From an uncultured Acidobacteriota bacterium (GTDB taxonomy: Bacteria > Acidobacteriota > UBA6911): DNA of 15,473 nt. Positions 15,180 through 15,473 of this stretch are shown piece after piece. The notes beneath the pieces were generated by a model that had not been told where the DNA came from, did no database searches, and saw only the letters and a program-made list of their open reading frames with translations. The stretch lies in NCBI GenBank assembly GCA_963843575.1, contig CAWJKZ010000006.1, positions 1-15,473 of the forward strand. The letters are read 5' to 3'. The position numbers and the translations under genes were made by a program. Positions within the stretch are counted from its first letter, which is position 1; each line of letters starts with the position of its first letter.

Positions 15180-15449
15180 TTATGCCTTGAACCAAGTCCA
15201 CACTCCTATGGCGACAAACAGGACGGCGGCGGCCTTCGCGAGCGATGCTGCGGCACGAAGCGGTCGACGACCCCACCCAGCAGTACGCCAAGCGCCGTGA
15301 CGAGCGTGAGGGCTGCGGCGCCACCCAGGAAAACCGACAGTGGCTTGCGGGACGACGCCGTCATCGTGATGATCGCCAGCTGGGTTTTGTCCCCCATCTC
15401 CGCCAGGGAATATCGCCGAAAACGTCGTCAGTGCCAGTCTCCAATCCAT
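15180..15449 (-). CDS. UPF0016/TMEM165/GDT1-family small membrane protein (putative Mn2+/Ca2+ transporter), with two compensating apparent indels
   Basis: MDWRLALTTFSAIF joins, across a frameshift, LAEMGDKTQLAII (E-x-G-D-K-T signature)...VFLGGAAALTLVTALGVLLG, then returns to the first frame for LAKAAAVLFVAIGVW. G-rich SD upstream. Confidence 0.85.
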   Translation of the reverse strand: MDWRLALTTFSAIFPGGDGGQNPAGDHHDDGVVPQATVGFPGWRRSPHARHGAWRTAGWGRRPLRAAASLAKAAAVLFVAIGVWTWFKA

Positions 15450-15473
15450 CCCGTCCCCCCTTTCCGCCCGGCG

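Noticed and set aside
14870-15410. Programmed frameshifting or phase variation in thrC and the UPF0016 gene
   Set aside because: No slippery heptamer or long homopolymer tract, and several scattered indels fit sequencing error better.

Overview
High-GC bacterial chromosomal window; the gene style suggests Acidobacteria, which is inference only. Left to right: a + strand cluster of sensor histidine kinase, OmpR-family response regulator, membrane/TPR protein and CslA/CESA-like GT2 glycosyltransferase; a MocA/MobA-like nucleotidyltransferase (-); dacB/PBP4 (+); a ~280-bp repeat region; a secreted M14 zinc peptidase that appears fused, across a frameshift, to a degenerate amidohydrolase shell (-); an orphan secreted-type protein (+); and a - strand run of UPF0016/TMEM165 transporter, threonine synthase-like enzyme, AlaX-type tRNA-editing protein and GAF-GAF-PAS-GGDEF diguanylate cyclase. 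The most striking non-coding signal is at 7783-8062. There a ~190-bp MITE-like element with perfect 18-20 bp terminal inverted repeats and a target-site duplication sits in the loop of a REP palindrome, carries its own pair of the same REP inside, and one outer REP supplies the dacB stop codon. Several single-base indels, concentrated in the last ~600 bp, look like sequencing errors.
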